DNA from: an uncultured Gemmatimonadales bacterium
Lineage (GTDB): Bacteria > Gemmatimonadota > Gemmatimonadetes > Gemmatimonadales > GWC2-71-9
Length of the DNA: 64,000 nucleotides
Direction: 5' to 3'
NCBI GenBank assembly: GCA_963739455.1
Contig: CAVUAK010000001.1
Span: forward strand, 2,432,001 to 2,496,000
This document shows, one piece after another, positions 1-9,422 of the stretch. Positions within the stretch are counted from its first letter, which is position 1; each line of letters begins with the position of its first letter. Both the position numbers and the translations under genes were made by a program. The notes under the pieces were generated by a model that was not told the origin of the DNA, searched no databases, and saw only the letters and a program-made list of their open reading frames with translations.

Positions 1-471
1 GACCTCGGTAATGAAGAGGTTGGTGACGCCCTGCGTGGATACGCGACGGGTGGCGTCACTCCCGAACGTGAGCATATAGCCATTGGGATCGAAGTCAGTC
101 CCGGTGGCAATGGTGGTCACCTTCACCCGAGTGCCGGCGCCAGGGCAGGAAACGGCGAAGGTCGCGGTGGCCTTCGCGCCAGCTGTCACCTTCACGGTGA
201 GCGGATTGGTTCCCGTGACAAAGCAGTTGGGCGCCAGGCCCGAGAGCTTTGCTGGGTAGTCCCCGGGCGGGAGCGCGTCGACGGTGATGTCGCCGACGGC
301 GGGGATCGGCTCACCGGGTTCCTGGCCGATGGCGATGAGGTAGCCGTCGGGGTCGGGATTGGTGCCGGTGGTCGTGACCGATACCAGGAGCGAGCCGACG
401 TCAGGTTCATTCGATGCAGTGCAGCTCGCCAGCACGATGGCGAGGAGTGATCCCCAGGTCCTTGTGCTCAT
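1..471 (-). CDS. Lipoprotein with repeated 'TTG-x-D-x-DGY...NC...NP...C' beta-sandwich domains (runs off the window edge)
   Basis: Manual translation from ATG 471: MSTRTWGSLLAIVLASC (lipobox), then VSVTTTGTNPDPDGYLIAI...PGDY...LAPNCFVTGTNP...FAVSC and a second unit VTTIATGTDFDPNGY. ATGA overlap with the upstream gene. Absent from the ORF track because it has no stop in the window. Confidence 0.8.
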   Translation of the reverse strand, partial: MSTRTWGSLLAIVLASCTASNEPDVGSLLVSVTTTGTNPDPDGYLIAIGQEPGEPIPAVGDITVDALPPGDYPAKLSGLAPNCFVTGTNPLTVKVTAGAKATATFAVSCPGAGTRVKVTTIATGTDFDPNGYMLTFGSDATRRVSTQGVTNLFITEV

Positions 472-1370
472 GGGCGCCTCCGTTCAAACAGGACTTGCGA
501 GCAGTCGAGGAATGGCATCGTCACGTCGTTCATGACGCCGACCGCGACGGTGGTGGAAAACGGATTGAGTCCATCGACCGTGCATCCCCACTCGAGGTAT
601 GCGGGGAGGTATTCGATCGAGTGCGCACCCGGCGGAAGCCGATCCAGTGTCAGCCCCGAGGTGCCGAGAGGTGGGTATTCGATGCCGTCGACCAGGACCA
701 TGTATCCCCGATCGTCGTTGGGCAGGACGATTGTCAGGCCGCCAGTAAGCGTCGTGCACTCGAATGCGAGGGCGATCTCGGACACCTCACCGGGTCGCGG
801 TGCGGGCACGCTCGCAGCATTGTGAGGGTCGGCGATGCAGTCCGGTGAGATGTCAGTTACGGTGACGGCGAGCGTGCCGCCCTGGCTCGAGATGAGATTG
901 GTGATCCCGTTCGCAGTGACCCGCTGGCGGGCGTCGGCGCCCTCCACCTCGATGAGATAACCATCCTTGTCATAGTCCCAGCCGGTCGTGGTGGCGCGCA
1001 CCCGGACCACGCCGGGGATGGCGCACTCGACCACAAAGGCGGCGGTCGCATCCGCGCCGCTGCCGAGTTCCACCGTCACCGGGTTGCTGCTGGTCACGGT
1101 GCAGTTCGCGGCGACTTTGGAGAGCTCGATGGTGTAGCGACCCGGGGTGAAGTCGGCCAGGGTTGTCTCTCCGTTGGCAGTCACGTCCTGGGCCTTGTCG
1201 GCGACGGTCACGCTGTACCCGTCGGCATCCAGGCTCGTGCCTGTCGTGGTGACCGTGACGTGGATGGAGCCAGGTTCGTCGTCGGCGCCGCAGCCGGCCG
1301 CGAAGGCGGCCAGAAGGCAGATTCGTCCGATGGATGTGCGGCCCCGAGCTACCGCGTTCAAAGCAGTCAT
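468..1370 (-). CDS. Lipoprotein with three repeated Cys-paired beta-sandwich domains
   Basis: Lipobox FAAGC. Units TTTGTSLDADGY..ANC..NP..C and TTTGWDYDKDGY..PDC..C, plus a degenerate third (DDRGY..GC..NP..C). Confidence 0.8.
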   Translation of the reverse strand: MTALNAVARGRTSIGRICLLAAFAAGCGADDEPGSIHVTVTTTGTSLDADGYSVTVADKAQDVTANGETTLADFTPGRYTIELSKVAANCTVTSSNPVTVELGSGADATAAFVVECAIPGVVRVRATTTGWDYDKDGYLIEVEGADARQRVTANGITNLISSQGGTLAVTVTDISPDCIADPHNAASVPAPRPGEVSEIALAFECTTLTGGLTIVLPNDDRGYMVLVDGIEYPPLGTSGLTLDRLPPGAHSIEYLPAYLEWGCTVDGLNPFSTTVAVGVMNDVTMPFLDCSQVLFERRRP

Positions 1371-1382
1371 TGTGTTGTCCTC

Positions 1383-1838
1383 CTATTTCCTGTCGCGCAG
1401 CGGAGGTCCGGAACGGGCCAGCGGGGCTCGAAGGCAATCGCCAAAGTCGTTGCAGTGCGGACCGGGGTTGCAGGCGACGATGATGCTGACTTTCGCGTCC
1501 TCGCCGGAGGCTACCTGCACCGCGAGGGGATTCTTGCCAGCCACCTGGCATGCCTGGAGTTCGTCCAGGCCAGAGACCAACACGTCGTATTCGCCGGGTG
1601 GGAGGTCGGACAGGCTCAGCTGAGCAAACCGGTCGATGTGCTGGGGCGGCCTGGCACCGACGGTCACGTCGTAGCCATCGGGATCGACGCCCAGACCGAA
1701 CGAGGTGACCGCGACCTGCATGGAGCCGGTAGTGTTGCCAGGGTCCGGGGTCGGGTCCGCCGCCGACGTGCAGCTCGAGAGGACAAGCGCGAGTACCATC
1801 ATTGTGGCGGCCAGAGTGGCACATCGGTTGTGGCGCAT
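1383..1838 (-). CDS. Lipoprotein with a single domain of the same family
   Basis: Lipobox LSSC, then VTSFGLGVDPDGYDVTV..PPGEY..ACQVAGKNP..VAC. Confidence 0.75.
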   Translation of the reverse strand: MRHNRCATLAATMMVLALVLSSCTSAADPTPDPGNTTGSMQVAVTSFGLGVDPDGYDVTVGARPPQHIDRFAQLSLSDLPPGEYDVLVSGLDELQACQVAGKNPLAVQVASGEDAKVSIIVACNPGPHCNDFGDCLRAPLARSGPPLRDRK

Positions 1839-2073
1839 CGGTTATCCCTGAAACGGGTGGATCGACCTTCTGACGGGTCCTTATCCCAGAACGCGCAATG
1901 GGGGGTGGGAAGGGGACAGGGAACAGGGAACGGCTATGGGTCGATTGGCCTATCCTCCATAGAGCGTGCAGGGGGATGCGGGTGGAACGTCTGTTTGCTT
2001 GTTCGCCGGCCGGCGAGCAGCTTTGCTTCAGCTCGACAACGCGCAGCCCAGCGCCAAACCGGGCCACCACTCC

Positions 2074-2655
2074 ATGGACGCATCAGTGAGCGTAACCGAC
2101 CTGCTGCAGCGGGCCGGCGCGGGCGATCCTGCCGCGCCAGACCTGGTGTATCCGCTCGTCTACGATCACCTGCGGCTCATGGCACGACGGCAACTGCGGC
2201 GGGAAGCGAGCGGCCACAGCCTGAGCACGACAGCGCTGGTCCACGAGGCGTACCTCAAGCTGGTGGACCAGCGCCGGTCGCAGTTCAAGGATCGAGCGCA
2301 TTTCTTCGCGATCGCGGCGGTGGCGATGCGGCGGATCCTTGTGGACCATGCACGGCGGCACGGCGCGGTGAAGCGTGGGGCGGGTGCGAAGCGGGTGCCG
2401 CTGGAGACAGTGGAGGGTTTGGCAGCCGACGAGCGGGCGGAACTGCTGGTGGCGCTCGATGCGGCGCTGGTGCGGCTCGCCGCGCACGACCCGCGGCAGG
2501 CGAAGGTGGTGGAGTGCCGCTTCTTCGGGGGCCTCACGGAGGAGGAGACGGCGGAGGCGCTGGGGATGAGTTCCCGCACGGTGAAGCGCGACTGGGCGAA
2601 GGCGCGGAGCTGGCTCTACCAGTCGCTGTATCCCGATGTGGTGGGCCAGGGCTGA
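2074..2655 (+). CDS. ECF-type sigma factor of the kinase-associated class (TIGR02999-like)
   Basis: Motifs VTDLL, LVYDHLR, HSLSTTALVHEAYLKL, RAHFFAIAAVAMRRILVDHAR, VVECRFFGGL, RTVKRDW..AR.WL. ATG 2074 chosen as start. Confidence 0.9.
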   Translation: MDASVSVTDLLQRAGAGDPAAPDLVYPLVYDHLRLMARRQLRREASGHSLSTTALVHEAYLKLVDQRRSQFKDRAHFFAIAAVAMRRILVDHARRHGAVKRGAGAKRVPLETVEGLAADERAELLVALDAALVRLAAHDPRQAKVVECRFFGGLTEEETAEALGMSSRTVKRDWAKARSWLYQSLYPDVVGQG

Positions 2656-5162
2656 TGCTGTCACCGTCTCCAGGGCAATTCCGCCAGGCGGACGCGATCT
2701 TCGACGCGGCGCTCGACCTCGAGCCGGAGGAACGCGCGGCGTTCGTGGAGCGGGCGTGCGAGGGGAACGGGCCGTTGAGGCTGCTGGTGTTGCGGCTGCT
2801 GCGGTCGTTCGAGCGCTCGGGCGGCTTCCTGGCGGAGCCGGCGGTCGACATGGCGCGGCCGCTGCTCGATGCCCCGACCGAGCCCGGCGGCGAGTCGGCG
2901 GTTGCGGTGTTGCCCGACCGGGTGGGGCCATACGTCGTGGCGCGAGAGCTGGGGCGCGGTGGCATGGGAGTGGTGTACCTCGCCGCGCGGGAAGACGACC
3001 CCGCCAGCCGGCCGGTCGCGCTCAAGGTGGTGCGGGGCGGCGCGCTGGTAGCGGGGGCGATGCTGCGGCGCTTCCTCGCCGAGCGGCACATCCTCGGCAC
3101 ACTGGAGCATCCGTTCGTTGCACGCCTGCTCGAGACCGGCATCACCGCCGACGGCACACCCTACTTCGCCATGGAGCACTGCGCGGGAGGCTCGCTGGCC
3201 GACCGCCTGACGCGGCGCCCGCTGTCGGTTCCGGACACGCTGCGCATCGCGCGACAGCTCGCGGAGGCGCTTGCCGCCGCGCACGAACTGGGGATCGTGC
3301 ATCGCGATGTCAAGCCGGCCAACGTGCTCTTCAATGACGAGGGCGACGTCCAGCTCACCGATTTCGGCGTGGCAAAGCTCCTGGACCAGGACTCGACGCT
3401 GTCGGGTGGGCTGCTGGGGACGCCGGCATACCTGGCGCCAGAGCAGCTGCGGGGCACCGGCATTGACCACCGCGCCGATCTCTGGGCGCTCGGCGTCACG
3501 CTCTACCAGATGCTGGCGGGCCGGCGTCCGTTCGAGGGCGGGTCGTATGCGGCGGTGCTGCACGCGGTGGTGACGGTGGAGCCGGAGCCGTTCAATCGCG
3601 CGGGCGGAGTGCCCCCGGCACTGGAGGCGCTGGTGCGTCACCTGCTCCGGAAGGATCCCGAGGCACGGCCGCGAAACGCCGCAAGCGTCGCCGAGGTGCT
3701 CGGGTCGATCGAGACCGATGCTGCGTTCGTGTACGTCGCCAGTGCGCCGGAACTTCCCGACCCCACGTCGACGCCGTCACTCCGCGACCGGGGTGCGTCG
3801 GTGGTGGTGGTTCCCTTCAGCAATACGAGCGGCAACCCCGACGACACGCCGTTCACCGATGGGCTCAGCGACGAACTCATCAGTGCGCTCGGCAAGGTGC
3901 GGGGGCTCCGGGTGACGGCGCGCACGACAGCCTTTGCGCTCCGGGGGAAGGGGCTCGATGCACGGGCGGTGGCGAACATGATCGGCGTGGCGCACCTGCT
4001 GGAGGGGAGCGTGCGACGGGATGGCGACCGCCTCAAGGTGACGGCTCAACTGGTGAGCGCGGCGCAGGGGACGGTGACATGGGCGGAGACGTACGACCGG
4101 GAAGTGCGGGACATCTTCACCGTGCAGGAGGAGCTCGCGCGCGCGATCGTCGACGCGCTGGCGCCCGCGCTCGGCGTCAGCGACGCCCCGGTGGCGCGTC
4201 GCCCCAGGGACGTGGCCACCTACGAACTGTTCCTCAAGGGCCGCTTCTTCTGGGAGAAGCGCACGCCGCCCGACCTCATGCGGGCAGCCGAATACTTCGA
4301 GGAGGCGGTGGCACGCGACCCGGGCTATGCGGAGGCGTATGCGGGGATCGCGGATTCGCTCACGCTGCTGATCGTGTTTGGTGGCCGGCGGCCAGGGGAA
4401 GTGCTGCCGCGACTGCGGACGGCGCTAGCGGAGGCGTTACGCCTTGGGCATGACAGCGCCATGGTGCACGCGGCAAACGCCAATGTGCTCTCGGCGCTGG
4501 AGTGGCGGTGGGCGGAGGCGGAATCGGAGGCGCGGCGCGCGCTCGAGCTGGATCCCGGGCTCGTCAATGCGCGGGTGTACCTCGCCATCGTGCTGCAGCA
4601 CCTGGGGCGATGTGAGGAGGCGATGGAGGTGGCACAGCGCGCGCTTACCGTGGACCCCCTGTCTCCTGCCCTCAACCTGACGCTGGGCCGGGCGTTGCTG
4701 CATGCGCGTCGTCCGGCGGAGGCGCTCGGGCCGCTCCGGACTGCGGTGGAGATATCGCCGGGGTTTGCCTTTGCGCAGTCGCAACTCGGTCATGCCCTGC
4801 TGCAGCTGGACCGGCGTGTCGATGCGCTGGAGACGTTCCGTCGCGCTGCGGCGACTGGTGCACCGAACGAGAAGGGGCACCTGGCGTATGCGCTCGCCAG
4901 CACCGGCGATGCACCGGCTGCACGGCAGTTGCTGGGTGAGTTGCTCGAAGTTGAATCCAAGGCGTACCTCCCCCCAGTCGGGGTTGCGTGCGCCTACGCC
5001 GGCCTGGGCGAACATGACGCGGCGTTCGCGTGGCTGGAGCGGGGATTCTCTGAACGGGCTGCCCAGATGAACACCATCAAGGTGGCGCCAGTGTTCGATG
5101 CGCTCCGCGGCGACCGCCGATGGGGAGACCTGCTGGCCCGAATGGACCTCGGGCCATCGTAG
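2655..5162 (+). CDS. Hanks-type Ser/Thr protein kinase with C-terminal TolB-like and TPR regions
   Basis: LGRGGMGVVY, VALK, HRDVKPAN, DFG, GTPAYLAPEQ; then VVVPF..DGLSDELI..LRVTAR and TPR helices. ATG overlaps the sigma stop (TGATG). Confidence 0.92.
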   Translation: MLSPSPGQFRQADAIFDAALDLEPEERAAFVERACEGNGPLRLLVLRLLRSFERSGGFLAEPAVDMARPLLDAPTEPGGESAVAVLPDRVGPYVVARELGRGGMGVVYLAAREDDPASRPVALKVVRGGALVAGAMLRRFLAERHILGTLEHPFVARLLETGITADGTPYFAMEHCAGGSLADRLTRRPLSVPDTLRIARQLAEALAAAHELGIVHRDVKPANVLFNDEGDVQLTDFGVAKLLDQDSTLSGGLLGTPAYLAPEQLRGTGIDHRADLWALGVTLYQMLAGRRPFEGGSYAAVLHAVVTVEPEPFNRAGGVPPALEALVRHLLRKDPEARPRNAASVAEVLGSIETDAAFVYVASAPELPDPTSTPSLRDRGASVVVVPFSNTSGNPDDTPFTDGLSDELISALGKVRGLRVTARTTAFALRGKGLDARAVANMIGVAHLLEGSVRRDGDRLKVTAQLVSAAQGTVTWAETYDREVRDIFTVQEELARAIVDALAPALGVSDAPVARRPRDVATYELFLKGRFFWEKRTPPDLMRAAEYFEEAVARDPGYAEAYAGIADSLTLLIVFGGRRPGEVLPRLRTALAEALRLGHDSAMVHAANANVLSALEWRWAEAESEARRALELDPGLVNARVYLAIVLQHLGRCEEAMEVAQRALTVDPLSPALNLTLGRALLHARRPAEALGPLRTAVEISPGFAFAQSQLGHALLQLDRRVDALETFRRAAATGAPNEKGHLAYALASTGDAPAARQLLGELLEVESKAYLPPVGVACAYAGLGEHDAAFAWLERGFSERAAQMNTIKVAPVFDALRGDRRWGDLLARMDLGPS

Positions 5163-7533
5163 GGGCGACGCGCAGGCCTCGGCGGCGCAGCGCGTGGCGC
5201 CCTGTCCTGGCGGCGGCAGCAGTGAGTTGCTGCCTGACTCCATCGCTGGCGGCCCAGAGTGCGGTGGTGCGCGGTCGGGTGACGCAGGCCGAGAGTGACA
5301 GCGCCGTGGCGGGGGCTGAGGTCATGGTCAATGCGCGCAGCGTCCGGACGGAGGCTGATTCCGCCGGACGCTTCGTGTTACGCGACGTGCCGCCCGGCGC
5401 GCAAACGATCACGGTGCGCCGGCTGGGGTTCGCGCCGGCAACAGTTCAGTTGACGGTGGCCGCAGGCGATACCGCGGACATCACGGTGCCGCTCACACCG
5501 GGCGTGACGATGCTGGACATCATCACTGCGACGGCCACAGCCGATCCCCGGAGCCTCGCCGACGTGCCGGCAGCGATCTCAGTCGCGGATACGCAGGCGA
5601 TCAGGCAGGGCCGGGCAGTGGGGCTGAACGAGACGTTGCGGATGATGCCGGGCGTGCAGACGGCATCGCGGTTCGGGACGGACGACGTCAACATCGGGAT
5701 CCGTGGCTCGGCGAGCCGGGCACGGCAGGCGATCCGGGGCGTGGCGCTGCTGCTGGATGGCGTTCCGCTTTCGGAACCGGATGGCGTGGCGCGTACAGAC
5801 CTGGTCGAGCTGTTGTCGGCGCAGCGAATCGAGGTGGTACGGGGCCCGGTGTCGGCGCTGTATTTCGGATCGTCGGGCGGCGTGGTCAACGTCATTTCCA
5901 GCACCGGCCTCACCAATCCTGGAGTCGCGGCACTCTGGGAGTACGGGGCCTACGGATTCCAGAAGTACTTCGGTTCGGCCGGCAGCGGGTTCAACGGCGG
6001 ACGCGGTGGCATCCTCGCGTCGGGGTCGTACACGCACTTCGACGGATACCGCGATCACAGCAATGGCGGTATCGGGCGCGGACAGCTGCGGGCCGACTAC
6101 CAGGTGGCGAGCCGGACACAGGTGTCAGTGGACGCCGAGCTGTCGAGCATGAGCACGCGCGTTGCCGGGGCAGCTGACGGAGGCGGAGTTCAATGCTGAT
6201 CCCAACGCCGCGCAGCAGGTTGCGCTGAGGTACGACTTTGGACGAGATGAGGACAGGTTCCGGGTAGGGACACGGGTGCAGCAGGGGCTCAACCGGTCGG
6301 GTTCGACGATCGGCGTCGGCGTACTTCTACTATGGCGGCCGCACCTTCGAGTTTCGGTATCGGCGGGGGCATCCTCAACCTGAACTTTCACCGGCCGCAG
6401 CTGGGCGCCCAGGTGAATGCGGCGCGCGTCGGCGGTGCGCCGTTGAGCCTGGTGGCGGGTGTGGCAGTATGACAAGGTATTCGGACCGGACCAGCGTTGG
6501 CTGAGTGACACAGGCCACAAGGGAGACCTGTACGACAACGGCAGCGACGCGGCGCAGAACCTTGGTGTGTTCGGGCAGGCAGAATGGCAGTTCGGGCACA
6601 GCGTGACGCTTACCGCCGGCCTGCGATACGACGAAGTGGACTTTGCATTCCGCAGCTCGTTTCGCCGGGTTTATTCCGAGGCAGGACCGCACGTACAGCC
6701 AATGGTCGCCGAGGACGACGCTCTCCTGGCGCACGGGGTCACAGAACATGCTCTATGCCTCGGTGTCGCGCGGCTTCGAGGTGCCGGCGTTCGGAGAGAT
6801 CTCGCCCAGTCCCGGCGATACGCTGGTGCAGCTCGAGCCCAAGTCGCTGTGGAACTATGAGGTGGGCGCTCGTGGCCTGGTGGACAAGCGGTTCCTGTTC
6901 GACGCGTCGGTGTTCTTCTCCGATATCGACAACGAGTTCGTTCCGGTGGACAACAACGGCGTCGCCGGCAGTGGAGAACGCCGGCAGCTCGCGCAACTTC
7001 GGCATCGAGTTGTCGCTGCTGACGAACGTGACCCAATGGCTGGACGTGCTGGCTACCTATACGTACTCGGACTTCCGGCTGGTCGAGTACACGCCGCCGT
7101 GCGCGACTCGACGGGGGCCCTCCAGCCGGTAGACATGGCGGGCAACCTGCTGCCGGCGGTGCCGCAGAACCGGCTGACGTTCGGCGTCGATGTCCGGCCG
7201 GTGCGCGGGCTGTCGGTTGGGGTCCGGGTGGAGTGGCAGAGCCAGATGTTCGTGGATTCGGAGAATTCCGAGTCCGGCACCGTGTACTACCTGGGACGGG
7301 ACGGGCTGACTGCCGTTCCCTTCAGTGCGGTGCCGGCGCGGACGCTGGTCGAATTGAATGCGCACTATCAGGCAGGGGTGATCAACATGTTCGGCACCAT
7401 CGAGAACCTGTTCGGCATCACGTATGTGGGCAACGTGGTGGCGAACGCGGTCAATGGCGCGTTTTACGAGGCGGGACCGGGGAGATGGGTGACGCTGGGA
7501 GTGCGGGTCGCGGTGTGGCCGAAGGGGTTGTAA
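5120..7533 (+). CDS. TonB-dependent receptor with N-terminal carboxypeptidase-regulatory-like domain; split by several indels
   Basis: Signal peptide ending LAAQ; VRGRVT..VAGAEV..GRFVLRDVPPG; plug motifs IRG, LLDGVP, RIEVVRGPVSALY; barrel fragments in other frames (LTAGLRYD, YASVSRGFEVP, NYEVG, IENLF, GPGRWVTLGVR). Confidence 0.85.
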
Positions 7534-7578
7534 CAGGGAACAGGGAAGCACAGCGAGAAGAGGGAAGAGGGAGAAGGG

Positions 7579-8085
7579 ATGAGGAGAGGCATGAATCAGC
7601 GGCGGATGGTGGGGACGGTGATCGTTGCGATCGGGCTGGCGGCGGGAAGGCTGTCGGCACAGGGGCCGTCGGAGGCTGACTCGAGTTTCCGGGCGTTCCT
7701 TCCATCGTTCGAGGCGGGCCTGCTCGGCCTGTTGAACGGCGATACGACCCTCTGGTTTGCCAATGCGTCCCATGCGGACGATGTGACGCTGTTCACGCCC
7801 TTTGGGACCCTGGTGCGAGGATGGAACGGTGTCTCGGCGCGCTACCGCTTCGCGGCCAGCCACATGGCGAAGGGGGGGGCCACGCTGACGCTCGAGTACA
7901 TCCGCATCGATGCCAGCGGCGACCTGGCGGTGATGGTGGCTGTGGAGCACTCGATATTCGCGTCGGTTCCTGAACCGGGAACAACGCGGGTGACCAGCGT
8001 GTTCCGGCGAGAGGAGGGCCAGTGGAAACTGGTGCACCGGCACATGGATCACCTCCCGCTGGACGCAACAGCGCCAAGCCAGTGA
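7579..8085 (+). CDS. Secreted NTF2-like (SnoaL/DUF4440/YybH-like) protein
   Basis: Signal peptide ending LSAQ; SHADDVTLFTPFG..GW..V; TRVTSVFRREEGQWKLVHRHMDH. Confidence 0.8.
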   Translation: MRRGMNQRRMVGTVIVAIGLAAGRLSAQGPSEADSSFRAFLPSFEAGLLGLLNGDTTLWFANASHADDVTLFTPFGTLVRGWNGVSARYRFAASHMAKGGATLTLEYIRIDASGDLAVMVAVEHSIFASVPEPGTTRVTSVFRREEGQWKLVHRHMDHLPLDATAPSQ

Positions 8086-8117
8086 ACCAAGGGAACAGCG
8101 GGAACAGGGAACAGGGA

Positions 8118-9108
8118 ATGACGCGTGCCAGGCTGGTTGCCAAGGCATTCATGCTGCTGGTGGGGCTCTTGGTGGGAAGGCTTTCGGCGCAGGAGGCGCC
8201 GACTGTAGCCGACTCCGGTTTCCGTGCGTTCCTGGGCGACTTCAATGCGGGGCTTACCGCGATGGTCAACGGTGATCCCACGCTGTGGATGGCCAGCGTG
8301 TCGCATGCTGATGACGTGACGCTGATGACACCGCTGGGTGCGAACCTGCGAGGCTGGGCGGCCGTGGGCAGGCAGTATGAACAGAACGCACTGAAGTATG
8401 CCGGCGGGTCTACGGTGCATCAGGACTATGTAGCCGCCGAGGCCCTGGACGACCTTGGGTATACCGTGGTCCTGCAGGCGGCGTGTACCGGATGCCCGGC
8501 AGCGATTCGACGCGCCAAGGCTTCACCCGGGCGACGAACGTCTTCCGGGTCGAGAACGGGCAGTGGAAGCTGGTGCACCGGCACATGGATCACATGAAGC
8601 CTGACAGTCCGCGGCCGTCGCCGGGGACGCCGGTGTCGGTGACCACAACGGCAGAAACGCCGCCGAGAGTCCTGCCCTCCGAGCAGGGTGTGCCCGCGAT
8701 AGCAGACTCGAGCTTCCGGACGTTCCTCGCATCGTTCGAGATGGGACAGGTTCGGGCGTTGAATGGGGACGGGAGCCCTGTTCATGGCGAACGCGTCGCA
8801 CGCGGACGATGTCAGCGCTGCTGACGCCGTTCGGCGGCGTGGCGCATGGATGGGATGACGTGTCGAGGTTCTACATGGCGGTCGCGGGCCGGTTTACGCC
8901 AAGCGGTGCGACACTGCGAGTGGAGTACATGGCGCTCGAGGTGCACGGTGACATCGCGTACGACGTGGTGCAGGAGTACGCCACGTACCGGCCACTCAGT
9001 GCCCCGGGATCGATGGCGGGAGCGACCCGCGCGACGAACGTCTTCCGACGAGAAGCGGGAGAGTGGAAGCTGGTGCATCGGCATATGGATCATCTGGAGG
9101 GCGGGTAG
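8118..9108 (+). CDS. Secreted two-domain NTF2-like (SnoaL/DUF4440-like) protein; indels near 8480, 8778, 8813
   Basis: Signal peptide ending LSAQ; two copies of ADS.FR.FL..F..G...NGD / SHADDV / TRATNVFR...WKLVHRHMDH joined in frame by a Pro/Thr linker. Confidence 0.75.
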
Positions 9109-9178
9109 GCGGGAAGGCGGGGAGGGCGGGGAAGGCGGGGAAGGCGGGGAAGGCGGGGAAGGCGGGGAAGTCGGGGAG
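9108..9178 (+). repeat. 9-bp tandem repeat (GGCGGGGAA)n, about 7-8 units
   Basis: Read directly after the TAG stop at 9108. Confidence 0.9.
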
Positions 9179-9282
9179 GAGAGGTGCTGCAGCATCCTGC
9201 ATGATGGTCGTGCGCCGCATTTCAGTACAGCTGTCTCAACTCTGCAACAGATTGCGTACCTCGCCGGTAACTCCTTTAAATA

Positions 9283-9311
9283 CAATTGTTTGTGATCGTC
9301 ACATTCAATTG
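9283..9311. promoter_or_regulatory. 29-bp imperfect palindrome CAATTG-TT-TGTGA-TCG-TCACA-TT-CAATTG; candidate operator upstream of the giant adhesin
   Basis: Dyad symmetry within an AT-rich patch about 110 bp upstream of ATG 9423. Confidence 0.5.
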
Positions 9312-9422
9312 CCAATACGGGCATGCTATTTGACAAGTATACGTGTTCAAGACAGCAGCGCGATCGGGACTTACGACCGATTCCCGCGTTGCTGATTTTC
9401 GGTTCGGAGATCCGAACCGGGT

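Noticed and set aside
1260..2654. Apparent 465-aa N-terminal extension of the kinase (ORF 1260..5162)
   Set aside because: It overlaps the real lipoprotein and sigma genes in other frames; a stop-poor GC-rich artefact.
9330..9360. Perfect TTGACA upstream of the adhesin as a sigma70 promoter
   Set aside because: No acceptable -10 hexamer at 16-18 nt spacing.
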